Positions 59,648-64,000 of a DNA stretch of 64,000 nt are shown here, piece after piece; the stretch's first letter is position 1, and each line of letters opens with the position of its first letter. The translations under genes were made by a program, and so were the position numbers. The notes below the pieces were generated by a model. That model did not search any database. It worked only from the letters and a program-made list of their open reading frames with translations, and was not told the DNA's origin. This stretch comes from Eutreptiella sp. 'Long Island Sound 2002' (lineage: Eukaryota; Protista; Euglenida), in contig OZ038378.1 in NCBI GenBank assembly GCA_964036045.1, forward strand, positions 155,434,001 to 155,498,000, in the 5' to 3' direction.

Positions 59648-62600
59648 CTGTCGCGGAGGAGGAAGCAGAAGGGCGAGGCTGCGAGCACGGGGTGATGGAA
59701 AAGGCAGGAACAAGGGGTGGTGGGGAAGGAGGATGAGGGAGGGGCGGTAAGAAATGGAGGGCAGCAAGTAGGAGGGGGCTGTGCGCAAATAGTTTGGGTT
59801 GTGTGCCTCAGGGCAAAGAGTTGCGGGTCACCAAGTAATACGCTGCCCCGTTACGTGGCCCTAGCCCAGGGCACACTCCTGCTTCGGGTTTGTTTTGGCG
59901 GCACTGCAAGGGTGCCCAGTGGGCGACGACGCCTGTCCTGCTGTTGTGGATGATTTTTGTGGGTGAGCTCCCGCTGTCGCTCAGGCCAACCCTGGCAACG
60001 GAGGTGTTCCACGGCGAGTATGGCGGAGAACTGCAGTGCGCCTCTGATGGGTATAACCCCCGCAGAGGCACATGGATGCACACCCTTGGCCCCGGGGCCT
60101 TGGTTGTAGTGACCAGGTATCCGCCTCCCACGCAAGGGACCGGGCGGCCCTGACCACAGTGCCAGGCCACCCTTACCTTTCCCCACAAGGCAAAATGCCT
60201 GGAAACGCCGCACACCACCGATGAGCGACACTTGGCGTTTCGGACCCTCCTGGCCTATTTTCTCAGGCTTTATGGGAACCCCCACCCCACCCCGCACCCC
60301 AGAGTAGACCCTGGCCGACAAGCAGGCCACACAGAAGACATGGCACAACACCGATTGTGTTACATGTGAACCGACCAGCTTTCATGGAATTCCAGAGGTC
60401 TCATCCACACCGTTTGTCTGTCAGCTGCACACATCTTGACTCACGTGGCTTCAAGTACCGCATGTATAATGCGGCCTCTCCTTCCTGTTTGACACGAGTG
60501 AGCGTCTCAGAGAGTTGCTCTAGGGTCCTCAACATTCACCCATTGTTTATTCGATGGGTGCCCTGGTTTGAGACAGGGATTCAGGCTGTCCTTCGAGCCC
60601 CTGAATCTCCTCTGCCAGATCATAGCTCCCTCGCTGAACAACACACAGGCCACAGAGAAGACCTGAAATGCAGCACAGCGAGCAGCCCACACAGTTCAGG
60701 CTCAACCACCGGCGGTTGTTCTGTTCCCTTGCTGTTTCGGGGGGGGGGTACCATAAAGGTGCAGTGTGAGAGGGGGATTCGCGGCTACCAGCCGGGGCCT
60801 CTCTTGCTGGAGGGTTTTTCCCCATCACTGCCACGTGCATCACGCTATCGCTTACCTCCCGGATCTTGCAATGACCCATTTTCTGCCTTATGCGCTGACA
60901 TGTACCAAAGCTCTCCTGTAAGCAGCGTTCTCGTTGGGTATCAAAGAGGAAGAGTCTAAGCAACAGCGCAAGTGAGGGCGGGACTCGGGAATGTGTCGCT
61001 TTTGACACCCGAGACCCTGCAGAAGCAAGTTGCAGAGGGAGGAGGGGCCGTGGCATCCCACCTCCTTTTGAGGTGGCTCCACGAGGGCGCCTCCTGCAGA
61101 TCAATGGACCTGCTGAGGCCTGAAGACCACTGCATCCGGTTGCTAGTGATGGCGTGTTGAACCTCCCCCAATTCCCGTGTCCTCCGCAGGGATCTCCTGG
61201 GCCCTCCGCACTGGCCCCTGAGCTTGCGCTCTTGTTCAGTGACCCGTGCGGTGCTGCATCTTTGGGTGACTTGTGGAGGGGCAAGCCAAAAAGATGGCGG
61301 CGGCGGGGGAGGTTGTGGGGCTGACCCTGAGGACATAATTAGGTCGTCCACTGCAGGCATTTGTGCCAGAGATGAGGACAGCCTGAGAAACCACCTGAAG
61401 CAAGTCCAAGGTCAAAGGGCCGAGACTGTTGGTAAGAAGAAGTCACATTGGCGTCCGACAAGAGAGACAAGGTATAAGAGTTGCGAAAAAAGGGGGGAGG
61501 GATTAGGAATCCGGGGGCACAGTGAGGAAGGCATCGTGAGGGCAGAGGGGGAGGAATGGGAGGAAGTGGGGGGTATGGTGCAAGAAGTATGGGGGCAATT
61601 GGTACTAGCAGCCAAACGGCGTAGGCAGTATGCGACAGACACGCAATGTCGGATGACCTTGAGGAAATTCATGGGGTCATTCACCTCACCAAAAGCGGTG
61701 TCAACAAGGAACGGGTCGCAGAACTCCCCCCAAAACGCAGGGTCGGCCCAGATTGGATGCGGCTTCCGGAACAGCGCCTTCAGAGTGAACTGCTGCCGCA
61801 GCTCCTGCTGGGCCTTCTCGGCATCCTTCACGCACTGCGAGTACAGGCTGTCCACGTAAGTTCCCGCGCGCACCTGGGAGCCCGACAGCGCGGTGTTGGC
61901 TATGAACTTGACGTACTTGATGCAGACCTCTGTGCTGGCCCCGCCACCAAAAAGCACGATGCCCTCGGGGTCCACGGCGAACCTGCCGCCATGGATTGTG
62001 ATCTCCTTCTTGGCCACGACCGCACACTTCTTACCCCCCACATACGTGGTCATGGTATCGGACCCAACTGTCACCACAACTCTCGTCCACTTCTCTAAAG
62101 GGACCGACCCGTCTTGCCCAAACGACTCATCCAGCCCCAGTCCCAAGTTCGCGCTGACGAGGCATTCGCCAACCTCTGTCGGGTACGGCCAGCCGGTGGT
62201 GTACACAGACAACCCCTGCGAAGGGGGTGCCGCTGGCAGCAGCATGTCCATAATCAGCGTGTACAACTGCACCTTCTCCCGCCTCTCTGGGAGTTGATCT
62301 TGATGCATCTCATCTGTTGCCGAAGGCTCCTCGGTCTCCTCCCCGCGGGCCTTAGCTCTACGTGCGCGGCGCTCCTGCATCTTCTTCTCCTTCTCTTTTT
62401 GCTTCTTCCAGATCATCTGCTGTGTTTCAATGCCCAACCGCACCTTCAAATATGCGCCGGGCTGCAGTCTCAGCATCGTTGCCTTGGTGTTCATTTCCTC
62501 CAGATTGCCCTCGCCCACCACCTGGGCCTTCTGGGGCAACGTACCATCCCGGAAGTCAAAGACACGCGTGTTTGGCTCCTCTTTTTTCTTCTTGTGGTCC

Positions 62601-62724
62601 GCCCGTTGATCCTTGACTCCGGGCACCTCGTAAAAATGCAGAGTGTCAGCTGCATCCGTCCACATCGTGGTATTCTCCGTTGGGTCTGGTTCGGCCTCGG
62701 CTGCCGCTGCTTCCAGCTCCTGGA

Positions 62725-64000
62725 TCAGCTCCTCATCCGATTCATCATCCGATAAGGAGACAACGCGGCATGGTTGATACTCGCAATCGTCAGAAACCGC
62801 GGACCTTGCAAAGCTGCTGTTGTCCTCCATTCCAGCAGATTTGTCCGCGGCAGGACGCTCAATACTTTTGTTTGTCGCAGTGATGTGGGAACCGATTGCC
62901 CTAGAACAGTGGACGTCAATTGCCCTTGAACACTGGAGGTCGATTGGCCTTGAATACTTGAAACCAGCGGTACTTGAACAGACGACGTCCGTGGGACTGG
63001 ACCAGAGGAAATGAATGGGCCTTGTACGGAGGAAGTGAATGGGACGGCAGCGGTGCTGACGAAGTGGCCTTGAGCACTGGAAATCAGTTGAACGGACGAA
63101 AAGCGACAATCAGGGAGCCGGCAAATCCTACTCTCTGCTGACGGTCCGTGGCCATCGCAGTCAGTCCCCCCATATCGGGGGACTGGGCTGCTGCACTCTC
63201 TTGTGCGTTGTTGGACCCCGAAACCGCATGGGCCCCATTCACCCCAAGGCCCGTAGCGGCCGTCCACGGCGCATGTGTCGCAGGGTCGGCTCTTGACGGC
63301 CGCGGGACACTTGGCTCCTCCGTTCTGCGGCGGCACCGCCACGGCGCGGGTGCGCGTGCGCATTCCGGTGGTGCAGCATCGACTCTACTCGGACCACCGA
63401 TCGTACCCACAATCAACTGAGCACCCAAAGACCCCAATGAAGCTCTGGCCTTGAATAGTGGAAATCGATTGGCCTTGGACACTGGCCGCCGGTTGTGCCG
63501 GGCTGGGGCATGTTGCACTGCCGACGTTGGAGAAACCAGCATATCCCTTGGCACAAACAACCGACTTGGATTTCAACGTCTCAAGCGTGCATCCACCGGC
63601 CCCTTCAGTGCACACCGCGTTGTTGTTGTTGTTGTTGTTGTCCTTGCGGATGCTGTACCCCGTTGGGAGGACACACTTGGGCACAGCTTTGATACTGAGG
63701 GTGGCTTGATTTGAGGTCGCACCATTGTTGTCCGTCACAGTGTACTGGATAGTAACGGTGCCAACGTATCCTTGTACAGGGGTGAATGTGACCACTCCGT
63801 TCGCATCCACAGTGGCAGTTCCCTGACCTTTGATTGTGGTTGTTGTTTGCCGACCGCGAGCTGCAGGGTCCAGGTTCACCCTGCTTGGGTCAATGGTTCC
63901 ATCAGGATCAACGTCATTGCCAACCAAACTCACGGTCCCTGAAGTGCCGACGAAGTGCTGACTGGTATCACCACCGCATCAGGGGCAGCTTGTGGGGGGC
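62725..64000 (-). pseudogene. Secreted Ig-like/TSP1 pseudogene, copy 3 (3' part only; continues beyond the window)
   Basis: ORFs 62725-63363 and 63385-63933 match copies 1 and 2, including the TAG and the 11-bp duplication. Confidence 0.8.

Larger units (their letters stand above)
26800..64000. repeat. Head-to-tail tandem array of a ~13.46-kb composite unit: copy 1 26800-40260, copy 2 40261-53715, copy 3 53716 to window end
   Basis: AGCCAGCAACTCATCCC begins at 26800, 40261 and 53716 (periods 13461 and 13455); the ORF track repeats almost identically three times; sequence left of 26800 does not match the unit junction. Confidence 0.97.

Noticed and set aside
26800-64000. Array as rDNA, an endogenous virus/Polinton, or pure assembly duplication
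   Set aside because: No rRNA-like conserved sequence and no polB, capsid, ATPase or integrase ORFs. Copies differ by structured indels and SNPs, which argues against simple duplication, although read-depth confirmation is still needed.

Overview
Eukaryotic (protist-like) genomic DNA, very rich in transposon relics, with canonical GT-AG introns. I found no rRNA, tRNA or CRISPR. Left ~27 kb: (i) a 3.1-kb Mutator-like element (9-bp TSD, imperfect TIR, palindromic subterminal repeats) with no transposase, carrying a Ulp1/C48 protease + zinc-finger ORF and 13 copies of a highly structured 85-bp repeat; (ii) an intronless ORF encoding zinc finger + 9x10-aa Ser/Thr linker + a catalytically intact stand-alone RNase III domain; (iii) non-LTR retrotransposon relics (RT, RNase H) and several MITE-like elements; (iv) a four-exon HET/TIR-like + TPR gene with repeat-filled introns and four single-base frameshifts. 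Right ~37 kb: a head-to-tail array of a ~13.46-kb unit (2.77 copies visible, running off the window). The unit is a mosaic of gene pieces: a triply-broken secreted Ig-like/TSP1 gene, a LamG-like exon, an intact 831-bp orphan exon, and shuffled antisense fragments of a clamp-loader (RFC-type) gene. About 9 kb of this cargo lies between ~205-bp direct repeats. All domain calls are from motif recognition by eye; no searches were run.
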